From: the human T2T-CHM13v2.0 reference genome, Homo sapiens
DNA: 64,000 nt
Reading direction: 5' to 3' (one strand)
Assembly: GCF_009914755.1 (NCBI RefSeq)
Contig: NC_060930.1
In this document: one piece after another, positions 45,747 through 60,329 of the stretch
Layout of the letters: each line of letters opens with the position of its first letter
How positions within the stretch are numbered: the stretch's first letter is position 1
Position numbers and translations under genes: made by a program
Notes under the pieces: model-generated
What the model was told of the DNA's origin: nothing
The model's input: only the letters and a program-made list of their open reading frames with translations
The model's database searches: none

Positions 45747-46275
45747 TCTTCCTCTTCTTTCAAAGCTAAGGTCTCAGGCTGAAAAGAAATTACAGAGAAA
45801 GTGTTTATTATTCTGTTATATACTTTGAGTTGAGAGGGAAGAAAAATACTGTTCAGTATTACTCTGGAGTTCTCTAGATGATTTTCAAAAAAGTTTGGGC
45901 TTTGCTCGTGTCGTTCTCAGTCTAAGCCCAAGTAGTGGTAAAAATATTTCAAGATTCTCTTTTGTAACATGATTTTTTAAATGCAACTGATATTTCTAAA
46001 TATGTGATTTTTCTTATTTAACTACAGAAATCTTGCATTTAAAGTAAAAATATATATATATCCAGATCCTTGCAAAGACTTGTTAAACTGGATCATGTGA
46101 TGAAAATGTCTGCCAATTAAGTTGGTTTCTGCAGCGATTTTTCATCTTTAAAGTGCTCAGCAAAATTCGGCCTACATTTTTTTTTGACAGTGCTTCTCTA
46201 ATTCTTGTTCGGCTGAAACATCCTATCGGGAACTTTCTCCCTCCATTAAGCCACTGAATTCCTTTTTGCAGCAGG

Positions 46276-46277
<2 letters not shown>

Positions 46278-46332
<55 letters not shown>
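46278..46332. repeat. (GT)27 microsatellite
   Basis: Pure dinucleotide run. Confidence 0.98.
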
Positions 46333-46333
<1 letters not shown>

Positions 46334-47920
46334 TGTTTGCCCAGGTTTTTATACATTTTTTAAAAGATTCTTAAGCAAGCTGGTTTGGGTTTAATAAAAT
46401 TGACCATTTTTTGTGGTATTTCTGAACTTTTATTCTTTCCTTTCCATGACTTTCTTTACACTAGCACCAGTTTGTGAACAAAGTATTGTTTGATGACAGT
46501 ATTTGGACTTTGGCTTAATACAAGAGGTAAAATCTTCAAGGAGCCAACTATTGATGGAGTACCTAGTGCAAATGCTAATACAACCCATCGAAGATAGAAC
46601 TTCTGTTTCAGATATAAAGATAATACATTAAATATATCTAGTCCTTTGCTTGTTTCAGACCACTCTTTGCACAGGGAATGTTACTGTGAATTTTATTATC
46701 ATTTACAAATATTACAAATACTACAGAATGCCATTTATTGGTGAAATCTATTCATCAACTTGGATATTAGGGTTCTGGTTTTTCAGTTTATTACACAAAA
46801 CCTCTTCAATATATTGTAACATATCATCAATGCCTTGATGATACTCCTTAAAAGTAGAATCTTTTCAAATTTTTCTTCAGCATCTTTTCTCAGCAATTAT
46901 CTCAGTGTATTTTTACATGCTGGCATTATTAGGTTTTGACCATTTGTGTGACTTTTCTGGACAATATTTTCTGCTGATACATAACTTATATCCTTTTCAC
47001 AGGATGTACTTTTCAACAAACATTATATTGTAGATTCTAATAGTTGTATAGAACAATCAGTACCATCATTTATCCAATGACTGTGATTTGAAATTAGTGT
47101 CTTTAATTTTCCTGGAAATAATGTTGCATTTTGAGTTTGTCAGAGAAGACAGAAAGACATATGCCAGGTTGGACTATCAGCTCAAGTAAAATTCACTGAG
47201 AGATTTTGTTGGAAAAGGAGATTTTATGTGTCCCTTTCCACACCACTACATGGCTCGGCAGAATGTAAGCCTTCATCACTAACCTTATCAGAATTATCCA
47301 TCGGTACCAGCCTAACATACTCCTCTTCCATTTCATACCTTATCTTAACAAATCATCACATTGAATCATCAGACACATTCATAAATCCAAGGGCTAATAA
47401 GATACAAAATAGAAGGTTATAATATAAAATGAAATGAGAAATACTGAAAAAAATCACAATATAATTTACCTGTAGCCTATAATCCAAGTTTTGTAATGTT
47501 TTTCAGGAGAGAACTTGCATTTGATTACCTGAGACCACCTGAACTTAATTTCTCACCTTAAAACTTTTCTTAACACATAAGCAGTGTTCCAGTTAACTCT
47601 GTTACATGTGGCAGATTGTACTTTTTAAAGATAGCCACATATTCAGAATGCAATCTTCTGTAATAACTAGCTAATGCTTATCTATCATCACATCATTTTG
47701 TTCCTTGTACCCAATGCCAGAAATGAGAAAGCCAAATTTCTTTGCTGTCACTTCTGAGGAGTAGGGGCTTAATATATATTTAATCACTGTTTTTGAGGAC
47801 TAATCTTATGAAGAAGTCTCTTATTTGATGCTTCCCCACAGTGTGTCATATGCTATATTGTATGCAGTCTGCAAAGAGGAAGAGTTGAACTTCCATTTTT
47901 CCACAGAAATTGTTGGGGCT

Positions 47921-48350
47921 TGCATTAGGTTGTTCTTGCATTGCTATAAAGAAATATCTGAGACTGTGTATTACATAAAGAAAAGAGGTTTAATTGGCTC
48001 ACGGTTCTGCAGGCTTTACAGGAAACATGGTGCTGGGATCTTCTTGGCTTCTGGGGAGGCCAAAGGAAGCCTACAATCATAGTGGAAGGTGAAGGAGGAG
48101 CCAGCAAGTTCACAAGGCCAGACAGGAGCAAGAGAGAGACAGAATGGGGGGAGATGCCACACATATTTAAATGACCAGATCTCATGTGAACTCAAAATGA
48201 GAGCTCCCTTATAACCAAGGGGATGTTCAGAGCCATTCATGAGGGATCGGCTCCCATAATCCAAACACCTCCTACCAGGTCCCACCTCCAATGTTGGGGA
48301 TTACACTTCGGTATGAGAATTGGGCAGGGACAAATATCCAAACCATATCA
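47921..48350 (-). mobile_element. MSTA-like MaLR solo LTR
   Basis: tgcattagg..cattgctataaagaaata..aaatatccaaaccatatca; 430 bp. Confidence 0.92.
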
Positions 48351-48454
48351 AAGCTAAAAAGGTTCTTTTCATCTTTTTTTAATTAAAATATTTTTTTTGG
48401 CATTGGTGAATTTCTTATCATCCCAGTGATGCTTTAAAAACTTGTATATGTTTG

Positions 48455-48844
48455 TGTCTTTGTCCATCTGTGCTGCTACAACAAAATACCATAGCCTGGT
48501 TACTTTATAAATAATCGAAATGTATTTCTCACAGTTCATGAGGCTGGGAAGTCCAAGATCAATGCACTGGCAAGTTTCGTGTGTGGTGCAGGCCGTTCTC
48601 GCTTTCAATAATGACACTTTGTTGCTGTACCCTCCTAAGTGGACAAATACTTGTCCTCACATGGCTGAATGGTCAGAAGGGCAAAAGAGACTTCCTTCAG
48701 CCTCTTTTATGAGGTCTCTAATTTCATTCATGAGGACTCTGCCCTTCTGACTTAATCACCTCCTAAAGGCACTACCTTTAATACTATCACAATGCAATGA
48801 AGTTACAACATATGAAGTTTGGAGGACACATTTAGAACACAGCA
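48455..48844 (-). mobile_element. MLT1A/MST-type MaLR solo LTR
   Basis: tgtctttgtccatctgtgctgctacaacaaaatacc..gggaagtccaagatcaa..acagca; perfect TSD GTTTG. Confidence 0.9.
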
Positions 48845-48919
48845 GTTTGTTTTGGTTTCAGCATATCTGTTATTTCAATCCATAGGAATTTCCATCATAT
48901 TTTTAGGAATCAAAAATTC

Positions 48920-49480
48920 AAAAAGATCTTTCTATAAAGCAAATATTTTAGTGTCATTTCCACTTGAGTTCCATAGCTTGAAACTATTCTTGATGATATT
49001 ACTCTTAAAGTCTAAACTCCTTTACATGCATTACCAGATCAGCTGTGATTTGGCCTCTGCTTGCCTCTAGTCTATTTTCTCCTTCCCCTTCAACGTACTC
49101 ATACTATTCCTGCTTTCTAGGCTTCTTAAAACATGGGTTCCATTCCTTTGTTCTTCTTTTGTTTTTATTTTTTAGTGTACTCCTACCTAACCTCCATCTG
49201 TTTCTGCGGCACATTTTTTTTTTTTTTTAGCAGAAACCCTTATCTAGAAGCTCTGCTTCCTCATTCCTCAACCCCTTCTGTCTACTTGCTGTCCTAAAAC
49301 TTCACCTCTTAGAGGATACAGCCAAACTGCATCATGTCTGCCTTGTTAGTTAACTGTCTCCAAAGTAGGAAATATACCCCTGGAGAGTGAGTTCATTGCA
49401 TATTTGTATAGCATTTTTCCCTAGATCCCAGCAACAGGCCATAAATATAGAAGGAGTTGAGTGTATGTGCAACAAATAAA
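48920..49480. mobile_element. L2 remnant
   Basis: aaagtctaaactcctttacatgcatt..tgatttggcctctgcttgcctct; 3'-end wording near 49400-49480. Confidence 0.55.
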
Positions 49481-51067
49481 TGAAAGCATCGTAATATTAT
49501 ACTACTTATGATGGCCCAAAGAATGAGAGGGTGCACGTATGTGGTAATGTAAGTGTGCATGTGTTTGAGATGCTTAAAATTATTGTTCTTGTAAAAATGA
49601 TTTAAAGGAAGATTTCCTGTTATAATTATTGACACTGAAACCTTTTTAGCCATCTTTTCTGGCATGTAATTTAAGCAATTTGTTCTGTTTCTTGATTTAA
49701 AGTTATAATTATCATTATTTGAATTACTTGCTTTGTATCAGTTTTTACAGTATTCCCATTGTCATAAATTGAGACAATATAAATAAGTATTTATGTATCT
49801 TATTCCATGTTTTATGTCCATTGTTATTAATCTTTGGGGCCAACAACTGTAGTGTGTTCATGCCCATATTATACCACTCTAACTGCTACATTGAACGAAC
49901 ATAACTCATTAGGACGCAACTATTCAAAAAAACTATTCTTTTTCACTGTGGCCTGGAAATCCACCATGATATGTTCTTCCTCTTTTCTCTGGGAGAAATC
50001 TTAGATAGTCTTCATAACATTATTATTATGCCATTATTCTGGCACAATAAGTCTAACAGTCACTCTTATCTGAGGAAAATTCCCATCTTGTTAATTAAAT
50101 TGCATTTTGTAGTTGAGCCTTCATTTTCACTTCCCCAAGCAAAGGCCTTCCTCAAGCTACAACAATAGTGAGAAGAAGGAATGTTGTCAGTTTCCTCTCT
50201 CTTTCCCCAATACTGTGCTAATGCTATTGCTACACTTCTTCGCTCTCAGTCCCCAATTCCCATCCCACTAGGTTGCCTGGAGCTCCCCGTATGAAACAGG
50301 GGTGGGGAAGAGATGAGTAAGAAATAGTATATCAAATGCACTTTGAGTATCAAGAACATTATCTCTATTAGTAAATGTGATGATAAAGAGTAAGAAAGAT
50401 ATAGAAAGGTGGGAAAGAAATTTCCTTGTGGAAATTTATATTTATGTATGTCATATTTTTGCCTAGTTTTGGCAGGTAGGAGTTTTCATTAAAGTCACCT
50501 CAAGTCTCTTCTTCTCTTACTTTTGCTTCCCTCTGACAACTGGCTTTATTATCAGTAAAAGATTTTCACTCAGCAGCTCCCATATCTCACAGCAGAAGTA
50601 TTTGCCATCAAAGATAGGATCAGACATGCTACACTTGGTCCCATGTCCCAAAATCACAGTAGTCTTATACACATTGGAAAGGGTATAAATCTTAGAACCA
50701 ATAAGTTGTGAGGAGGAAAATATAATTTTAAAAAATGTAACTTCCATTGAACCACATATTTGGAGAGAAGAAAAGTGTTACTGCACAAAAGAGCTATGTG
50801 AGGTGTGTTAGGAATTTTAAGTGCAGAAGTCATTAACCAATGTATGGTGATGGAAGTAAAAAGGAAATGCATTCTTTTAGGAAACAGTACCACATTTGGG
50901 GTAGAGGTTTGTTGATTTTGTTTGGTTTTGATTAAACTTGTAGAAAAAAAAACAATTCACACTGGCTTTCAGAAGACTAAATCTTTATGAAACATGATTA
51001 TGTTGAAATACATAACAGATCTCAGTCATTGAAATCATTATTTTGATTTAAAAAAAAAGTATTTGGA

Positions 51068-51356
51068 GGCTGGGTGTGGCAGCTCATGCCTGTAATCCGA
51101 GCACTTTGGGAGGCCAAAGCAGGTGGATCTCTTGAGGTCAGGAGTTCGAGCCAGCCTGACCAACATTAGCCAGGCATGGTGGCGGGTGCCTGTAATCCCA
51201 GCTACTCGGGACGCTGATGCTGATCTAGGAGAACTGCTTGAACCCAGGAGGCGGAGGTTGCACTGAGCCGAGATCATGCCACTGGATTCCAGCCTGAGCA
51301 ACACAATGAGACTCTGTCTCAAAAAAAAAACAAACAAACAAACAAACAAAAAAAAA
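51068..51356 (+). mobile_element. AluS with internal deletion of the central A-rich linker
   Basis: ccaacat joined directly to tagccagg at 51166/51167; (CAAA)n tail; TSD aaaa(g/c)tatt(t)gga. Confidence 0.93.
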
Positions 51357-53378
51357 CTATTGGAATGATTTTGATTAAACTTACAAACACTTACCTAAAT
51401 ACCTAGACAATAAGAATCTTGCATATATAATAGCACAACTTCTAGCCTTTGAGCAGTCTTCAGCATGGGTGGAGTCAATGGCTCAGCATTGTCATTAACA
51501 GCAGGTCCCCTTCTCTCCTGCTCCAGCCTTGACATTGGCTTTTCTTAAAAGATGGTGGCAATTTGGCTACAGCCATTTCAGCTAGTCCATAAAATGCAAA
51601 ACTGATTCAGAGGATGTGAAGAGCTTAATTTTGCTATGGTTCTTATTTAGATATGAAGAGATGATTTTAGAGAAACCCTCTCACTTCCGTTAATGCGTTT
51701 GGCCAGAATTTGTTTATGTGTCTGTTTCTGATCATGCAGTAGCAAATGGTTTACAATTATTATGCTGTCCACATTCTTCTTGTCTGAGGTTACATGGACA
51801 TTGATGAGTCAAATAAAATATATGATATTAAAATCAGAAATCTTTGAACTTCTTTAGGCTAGGAATTTATTTTTTGAGTTCTTGTTTGAAAGAGAAAAAG
51901 TTATTAATTGATAAAACACACATTAGAATAAAAATATAAATATCAACCCTGACTACCATTGTTTCTATTGACTTCATTATTGGATTTTACTTCTATTATG
52001 AAATAAAAAGAGAATTGGCTTTAATGCTGGTGTAAAAATAATAAGTTGTCATTTCCCAGTTTTAGAATTTTAACTGTGCTTTGTGGTGTTGAGTCATTCC
52101 TAATGACCTTTCATATTACAAATGCAGCAAATATTCCAATAAATAAACTGGGCATCTGCACTTTGACTCATAAAATCATAAAAGCCAAAGTAAATTCTGA
52201 GATTAAAATGTAAGTTATCTAAAATTCTGATAGAAATTTAACCTACGAGTCATTTAACAATAGCCAAAACCATTTAATGCCTCCTTTTTACTATTAAATA
52301 TATTTCATTTTATAGTTCACAAAAAAGTTTACGTTTAAATAAAATAAAAATATCAATTTTTAATTTAATTGATTTAATCGACTTGCTATCTAAACTGCTT
52401 TGCTTCTTTTAGGAAGTTTGTAAGAAAAAAAGGAAGTTGGCATTAGTAGATTCATCATCAAACACAGTATATGAAAGCTTGGTTATTGTCTAAAGCTGAA
52501 TGATTAACAGACATGAGTTTTTCCTGTACTCTAGCAATAAAAATAAATGGTAGAAATAGTGTTTCATGATTTTGACAGTTGCTTCTGTTAATTAACAATT
52601 CATAATTTCACATGAGTAAATATTTTGGCTATTTAAGTTGTGCTGTTCACCTCTGTATCCATCTCTTGAAAATCTTTCCTAATGCTTTAAATGAATACAT
52701 CTGAATAAAATAAATAAGCCAGAAAAAAAATTCCAAGGATCAAACTGTAAAATACATTTGTATATTAATAGTTAATAAGAAAAAAGCATTCCAAAAGCAT
52801 GTAATTTGTATAGAACACTGTAGTATAGTGTGCTTTATACCATTTTATGTAATCTAATGGAGATAAACAGCCATAGGTCCAAAGGTGTTAACATGGCCAG
52901 AAGATGGGGAGCGGCCTGCATCTAAAACACAGGACAGTGAAAAGTTTTCTTATGCTTGAGTCAATTCATGAAATCTACTTTCCCACCATTCTATTTCCTT
53001 AACATTTTCAGTTTCTAAATTTCCAGTTTAGTGAAAGGCATGTTTTAACAGAGTATATTAACTTTGTTCCATGTACCTCAGTGATGAGAATTAGAACATG
53101 TTCCTCTTTATCAAATAGTAGAAACATATTTGGATGCTGCTGAAGTCAAATATTTAGTGAACTTAAAATTTGTCATGATTTACAACTACACTATAGAAAA
53201 ACAGGATTTCAACAAGCCATTACAAATTGTCCTAGAAGGGTTTGGAAGTCAGACATTAACTCAATCTTAAAATGAGTTGGGAAGTGCAAGATTAGGTCAA
53301 TGTAAAAAAATACTATAGCACTAGTTGGAGTTGTTATATTGGCAAGTTGGCAGAGAATTGAGAAATATAAATTATATA

Positions 53379-54024
53379 CAACTGATTTTTATTATTAGTG
53401 GCTGATACATTCTATAAATTTGCTGCAAACACAGAATCAGTCAATATTGAACCATTGTTCCTATGGGAAATACAGGTTATGGTCCCTCAAGCCTCTGGTT
53501 ACAATATTTTTATCAACTGATTAATGCAATACATGACCTTATTTTTTTGTATGTCTCTGTCTAAAGACAACTTATTTAATATATATTGTTGATTTATAAA
53601 CATTGACCTTATGTCTACAGCCCTGTAGCTCATTCTAGAAAGAAGTTAAGCTAACACATGTATTTTCTCCATAAGGCACATTCTTTTGTCTTCCTGTGTT
53701 TAGAAAAAAGGGCCACAGTTTAGCAATATCCTTGGGGGACATTTTAAGCAGTGAAATCACCAAGAAGAAGCAAAAAAAAAAATGCCTAAAGTATGGCACT
53801 AAATAGATCACAAAAGGACACTTGTTTATTGTTTGTGAGCTGAAAAAAGAAGGCAAGACATCACTTTGAACTCAGCTGGAAATGTGCTTGTTGGACAATT
53901 CACATTTTTTACTACACCGGACTTATCTGTTTATATCCACAAAATTGATTTTTGTATTACAAAAAGTTTTACCAAGTAGACAACTTCACAAGTAGGGAAT
54001 TTGTAAGTAATGAGGATTAACCTG
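53379..54024 (+). mobile_element. MER82-like Tigger DNA transposon
   Basis: TA-flanked ca..ctg termini; ctgcaaacacagaatcagtcaatattgaaccattgttcctatgggaaatacagg; ~646 bp. Confidence 0.82.
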
Positions 54025-54227
54025 TACATACAAGAGAGGCAGAAAAAAAAAAGATCATAATTTTTAACCTCCAAATTTTTAAATTCAAACTCATTACTAC
54101 TAACAAAGATTTACAAATAGATTATTTACGGTTCAGCAACAATGCAGAAAAACAAAAATCACTCTACGTATTGCTCTACTTGCATAGACTTAAACCCCTA
54201 TGTAGAGCTTAGCCAAGGTGATTTGAA

Positions 54228-54385
54228 AACTCAGGTTTTTAAACTTTAGCATGCATCAGATTTCATCCGAAGGCCTTATTAAAACACAGACTGTGACGCC
54301 CTCTTCGCAGGTCTAGCCTAGGGCTTGAAAATTTGTACTAGCCGGGTGACAGTGATACTCAGGAACTATATTTTGAGAACCACTG
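54228..54385. mobile_element. MER5A-like hAT element
   Basis: aaactttagcatgcatcaga..ttattaaaacacagact..tttgagaaccactg. Confidence 0.8.
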
Positions 54386-55689
54386 GATTAGATCAAGTAT
54401 AGATCAGGAAGACCTTGTAAATCTACAGGACTTTGGCTCAAAAGAGACTGCATGGGCCTCTTTGGCCCTGTTCCTTTAGTTTCACACCTCTCGTGAGATT
54501 GTGTTGCTCTCATGTCAAATATAGGAAAGTTAAGTAAAAATAAAGGAAAGGTCTGCAAAATAAAGAGCTATTCTATCTCAGTCTTGGAGCAGAATCCACC
54601 ATCCCTACGTTTCCCCAGTGCATGGGGCTTGTGTCACTTGGATGGTAGCCCAATTTTACTATATTAGACTCATGGTGGTGCTGAGAAATGTCCAAAAAGG
54701 AAATGAAATTTCAAAGTTACTAAATAGTGGGAATTCAAAGCTGAAGAAAAGCCAAAATTAATATGCCATATGAACTCAAGAGGCTTTAATCTCTCTTGGA
54801 TGCATTAACATTTCTATTTCTAAATATCCTAACACTATGGACTTTATAACAGTTCTCAGTTTAAGGGGTTGAAACACAGAATGCAGTTCTCATAATCAGG
54901 TATACAAGAGGGTACATAATTAATTGCCCTCTTATATTATTGTAATTAAATTATATTATGATTTTACCTTGGAAACATCAACAATTCAATTAAAAAGATT
55001 CCTACAAATAAATCATTAGTGCATATAATGTCAATACTGGAATTCCAAGCGAATGACAAGAAAATAGCTTATTTCTTACTAGAGCAAAAAATGTGACGTG
55101 CAACCCCTTTTGGAATGTCTATTTGTCTTTAATAAAACTGATGTATGGTTAGCAATATAGTATTACATATGATTTTTAAAAAATATTATCTTTTATAGGT
55201 CAAAGCCAGAAGTGTACAAAGTGTTACATGATTTTATTAGTATGGTCAGTTTTATAAAAATAGATTTTCAATATATAAAGAAATCATTAAAATCTTTTAT
55301 GATGAATGGAAAGGGACCAGAAGAATCTCTGTAAGAGGTTCTCTGCTTATTAAGTGTCAAAATGCTTACAAGAATGGTCAAATCTGAAGATACTGTCAGG
55401 ATTTTTTAAGTATTTCAAATATGTTCAAATTTTTAGAATGCACAATTGGCAAATGTCTTTTGTAGCTTACATCAGTGGCGTTTGTTCACTACTTTTACTG
55501 TAGAAGTGTCTAGCATGTACTTCTAAAGACAAACTATGGAGCTTGAGGAATAGACAAAACATATTTCTGATGGGACATGGGAATCTCAAGCTCTGGGTTT
55601 GAGCTGCTTATTCTGGTTATTTTACTTGGGCTGTTTTTTCTATCTGACCAGGATGACAAATTTCCTAAGAGACTTCTATCAGATTAATA

Positions 55690-55880
55690 GCAGAGAACCT
55701 GAGTCAGACTGCATGCATTTAAAAACCACTCCTGACTTTTACTTTATGGTTATCTCAGACCAGTTTATTTACATGTTTCTATCTCATTCTCTTCATCTGT
55801 AAATTGTGGGTGATAGATCCTACTTTGCAAGGATTAGAAAATTACCTAGTGTATAAATACTACTCAATATCTATTAGTAT
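55690..55880 (+). mobile_element. MIR remnant
   Basis: ttcatctgtaaattgtgggtgata..cctactttgcaagg. Confidence 0.6.
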
Positions 55881-57246
55881 ATTTCTATTTTATTTTGTCA
55901 TAAATTGGTTAATATTTCTTTTTTCCTTGTTTTTTTTTTTCCAAATATCCAGTTTCAGATAACTATCAGTCTTGATTCCCAAAATAATGGATTAAATGAT
56001 TTCTCTTGAAGAGAGAGGAAAAAAATCTGCTCAGGCCATGTATCTTTCCCCCAAGTGAACTTGCTAATTTTCTCTGTAAGTTTGGGTATGTTGATTTTTC
56101 ACAGCACTGTTATAGGCACCATTTATTGCACTGCAGAGTATTCAGGGAGCAGTTCAGCTTCTAGTGCTATTAGGGTCCCCAAATTACAAATCACTGTAAC
56201 TGTGACCGTGCACCTGCAAAACACTTGGCCTGCTAAATTACCTAAATCCTCTTCCTCTAATAGAATATAAATAATTTCATAATAGTTTGAAGAAAATAAA
56301 GGCCTTTTTTTGTCACCAGAGTCAATCTGACAAAGGTAATTTTGTCTATTACAGGGTTTTGCCTTCAATGTGAACTGATCATATAGCTATGTCATTGGAA
56401 GTTAATATCATGCCAACAAAGTCAATTTAAAGAGGTAGTTGTGTAGCAAACTCACCTGAGAACTTATAAGTACCAATAGTTGGCATGAAAAATACTATAG
56501 AATAAAAATATATAAAAATATCCTAATGACTCAGAAGAAGATAAGTAGTTCTGTGGGTTATTTTATTAAAAAATCAAAAAAATTGATGGACTAGCATCAT
56601 AAATAAAATACAAATATACCCAGACTGTGAAATAAAAGAAGAGACCCCTAAAGAGAAATAAGAATTAGGTGAAAAGACAACTGGTTAAGTTTAAATGAGA
56701 AATGTAGAATAAGAGAAAAATTGTAAAGAATTTAAAATATAATGTTTTGTTCAAATTGTATGTGGGGAGCAGAAAATTAAAACATAGACATGGCCAAAAA
56801 TCCTGTCAGTAATGTAAGGTAGAGAAAATAGATAAATATTAAAATAATGAAAATATTAGAATGTAATTATGAGTGACAGAAAATGAAGACCTACGCTAAG
56901 CATTGTAGGTGCTCTGAGAAATAAAAATATTTGAAAGAAAAGCATCTTAAAATCTTTAATCAGTGAGCAATTATAAAGATGTTTTTCAAATTATTTTGTA
57001 ATAATCTCTAGTTGAATGGTAGCAACAATATGAATTAGGTAATTACATGTTATGGAAATATCAAGGTTCATTTGCTGGGCTAGTATACGGGCAACTTACA
57101 GAAATACTAGAGGTGTGGTGAAAAGAAGGGGTAATAATGATATTAGCCACCTTTGTGCAGGATCTGCCTGTGCCAGACATTGTTCTGAGTACTTCACACA
57201 CACTGAAATATTCAGTTTTCAAAACAACACTGATCCTCAGAATAAC

Positions 57247-57741
57247 TATATTAGTCAGGGTTCTCCAGAGAGCAAGAACAAACAGGAGATATACAGATAT
57301 GTATATCTAGAATGAGATTTATTATAAGGAATTGGCTTATGTGATTATGGAGGCAGAAAATTCCTACAGTCCACCCTCTGCAAGCTGGAGACCCAGGAAA
57401 GGTCGTGGAATAAATTACAGCTTGGACCTGAAAGCCTGAGAACCAGGAGTTCTGATGGTGTAAGTTCTAGCTCAAGGGCAGGAAAAGACCAATGTCTCAG
57501 CTCAAACAGTCTGGCAGAGAGAGAGAATTCATCCTTCCTTTGCCGTTTTGCTCTATTCAAACCCTCAGCAAGTTGGATGATGCCCACTCACACTGGGGAT
57601 GGCCAGCTGCTTTACTCAGTCCACCAATTCGAATGCCCAGTCCTTCCAGAAACACCCTTATTGACACACTCGGAAATAATGTCTAACCAAATATGTAAGC
57701 GTCTTGAAACCAGTCAAGTTGGCATATACAATTAGCCTCAC
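57247..57741 (-). mobile_element. MLT2 (HERV-L) solo LTR inserted in a MIR (57130-57870)
   Basis: tattagtcagggttctccagaga..tgcaagctggagacccagg..ccagtcaagttg; MIR halves on both sides (tgtgccagacattgttct / cagatgaggaaactaaag). Confidence 0.9.
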
Positions 57742-60329
57742 CTACATTTCAGATGAGGAAACTAAAGAATAGATACGATAAGAAATTTGAGTAAGGACTG
57801 CCTAGCTTATGAATGGAAGAAGCTTGAATTTGTACCTGGCTTCTTGGGCTCCATCATTCATCCTTCTGATCAGAACTTGAACAAAGTATTACAAGAGGGC
57901 ACGCATTTTTCTATAGCATCCTCTGGCATCTGAAAGAATGTCTGACACACAGTAAGCCCTCACTAAATGTTTTCAGAATGAATAAATACATATTTTTACA
58001 TCAACTTCATTATTATATTTTGAACAATTTATTTCACTTGCATAATCAATTATGAATGTTAAAACATGGAAAAATTGTACCCCTCACAAATTCTCTATAC
58101 ATTTGAACAGATTTTGTTTTATATATTTGGTACTTTGTTAACAAATGGCATAGAAGTTTGTGACTATGAATTGTTCCATTAGTTGTTCCTTTTATCAAAG
58201 AGATTGATGTCTCAAAATTTAATTTTACAGAAATAAATTGCCATCATTTATTTTACTTTATCTTTACCCTAATTTATCTTAGTTTGTTTTTTTCATTATT
58301 AAATCTCTTTTTAAATTAGTTGCACATTTCTTTTAAGAAACATATTGTTGGACTTTGGTTTTAACCTAATCTACGGCCTTAAGTTTAACCACACATCCTA
58401 ACTAATGTGCATCTGTTGCATATTGGTATATTTCAAATAATTCATTTCTCTTTCTCTTTTTAAGGTATTATTTTTGTACATTGTTGTCTCCTTTTTAACA
58501 CTATCTTTGACGTAAAATTTAGTTTTATTAATAGCTATCTTAACACTTTAGGAATACAAATGAAAACAACATTTCTATAATTATTAAAGTGTAAAACAAA
58601 AGTGTAATAGCTTGATTTTTCCCTAAAGGAAATTAGCAAAATTGAATTATCCTATTTCCCAGTGTCTACTTCTTATTTTTGTTAAAGTACTGAGTTATAT
58701 CTTGAAATTAATATTTTGCATGTTTTCTGCGCAGAAATTCATCAATCTTTTCCATTAGGCATCTATTTTCCTCTGCAAGTATTCACCTACTGTAGCAGGG
58801 CTTCAAAAAAAAGTCTCTCTCTCTTTATATATATATGCTTCAAAACTGAGTTGTGACACTGAGCTTCTGACAGTCAAAAGGGTCCACCACAAAAGGAAAA
58901 AAGCAACAAGTTCATGCCTGATCAAAAATTACAAAGAAAATAGAGGGAGGAAAACAGGACCTTGCCTCTGCCCAGAGAAGGCTAGACAAGCATCAGCTAC
59001 AGCAGAAGGGAGAGAAGTGTTGCCACATGACTCTGAAGAAGGACAAAGATTAAAGACCAAATGACCAAACTTTGGTGAAACAGAAAAATGATTTTTTCCA
59101 AGGAATATCCCTCTATCTTGTGATGAAATACGACTTTATTTTCCTATTCACCTATATTTTAAACTCTTTGCTAACATAATCCTTAAACTGTATAGCTATT
59201 CTCTTTCTATACAATATTCTTTCTTCTTTCCTCACTGTCTACTTCCTTCTTTCTGTGTTTTTCTATGTAAAAAAGCTTGTCCTCACACAATAAAACAACT
59301 CTAAATCTGTCATGAGAAGTCAGACATAGGAAAAAAAATAGAGGAAAAACTTCAGAAGCCAAACAAGCCATAATAAATTGAATAAAATCCAGAAGTGAAG
59401 GAAAATATTTGCAAGCTGGATTACAGTAGGGAATATCATCTATTCAGATCAAGCATTATGAAAAAGATTATAAAATAATTGGCTAAGGTTAATACTTGGA
59501 AGATGCCCATGGAATGTGGGACACTGGATTTTTGAAGTAAATGAAAGGCTCAGGATATTGTCCAACATGAATACAGCAGACAAAGCTGAAGTTGAAGAAG
59601 CAGTTCAACATGTTCCGCACTGTCTTGAGAATATTTCTGCAAGTATTTAGCATCCAGCTTCCAATTTTGAGGCAGAAATTCATCTTACTCATATGCAGTC
59701 ATCATATCCATGCCTTGTCTTTTGACTTTCACTTTCCTCAATTTGATATAAATGACTATACCAAAGGAAGATATATATTAAAGTACCTAATACATAAATA
59801 GATAATATATAATAGGAAACATGAAGTATAACACACAAACACATATGTCTATTACGTATTTACCTAATAACTACATAATTATACAGAATTAATTATACTA
59901 TGTTGTGTTTAGGAACAAGTTGCATAATTATTAGATAAATATGAGTGTTTAATATTTTAAACGCTTCTGACATTTTAAATGCCTCTCATTTATAAAAATA
60001 TTAAGCACATTAAATTTACGGATCCAGTGTGCTTGTCAGAAATTTATAATTAAGTTTAGAGAATTTAACTTGAAATATATGAGATTTTCTATTTGAAATA
60101 TATGAGAATATGATTTAGTTTAGTTCTTACTCCTTCCTTCATGCACAAGTGCACAATATTTAACAATACTTAATTTACTAAATATATATAATTTTAGTAT
60201 GAGAATTGTATATACGCCATGTCAAAAATTTAACTGCTTGTAACAGTCAAATACATTAAATTTGCATTTGTAGTTTACAATATTTAAGGTCATTTGTTGT
60301 TTCCTTTTTGCATACTTAGGAACATCACT

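Noticed and set aside
45367-45828. Longest ORF in the track (153 aa)
   Set aside because: Mostly antisense AluJ translation. The same applies to ORFs at 290, 426, 11498, 17427, 42616 and 51038.
60068-60110. Short direct repeat ttgaaatatatgaga x2 (similar case at ~18187-18230)
   Set aside because: Ordinary small slippage duplications in AT-rich DNA.
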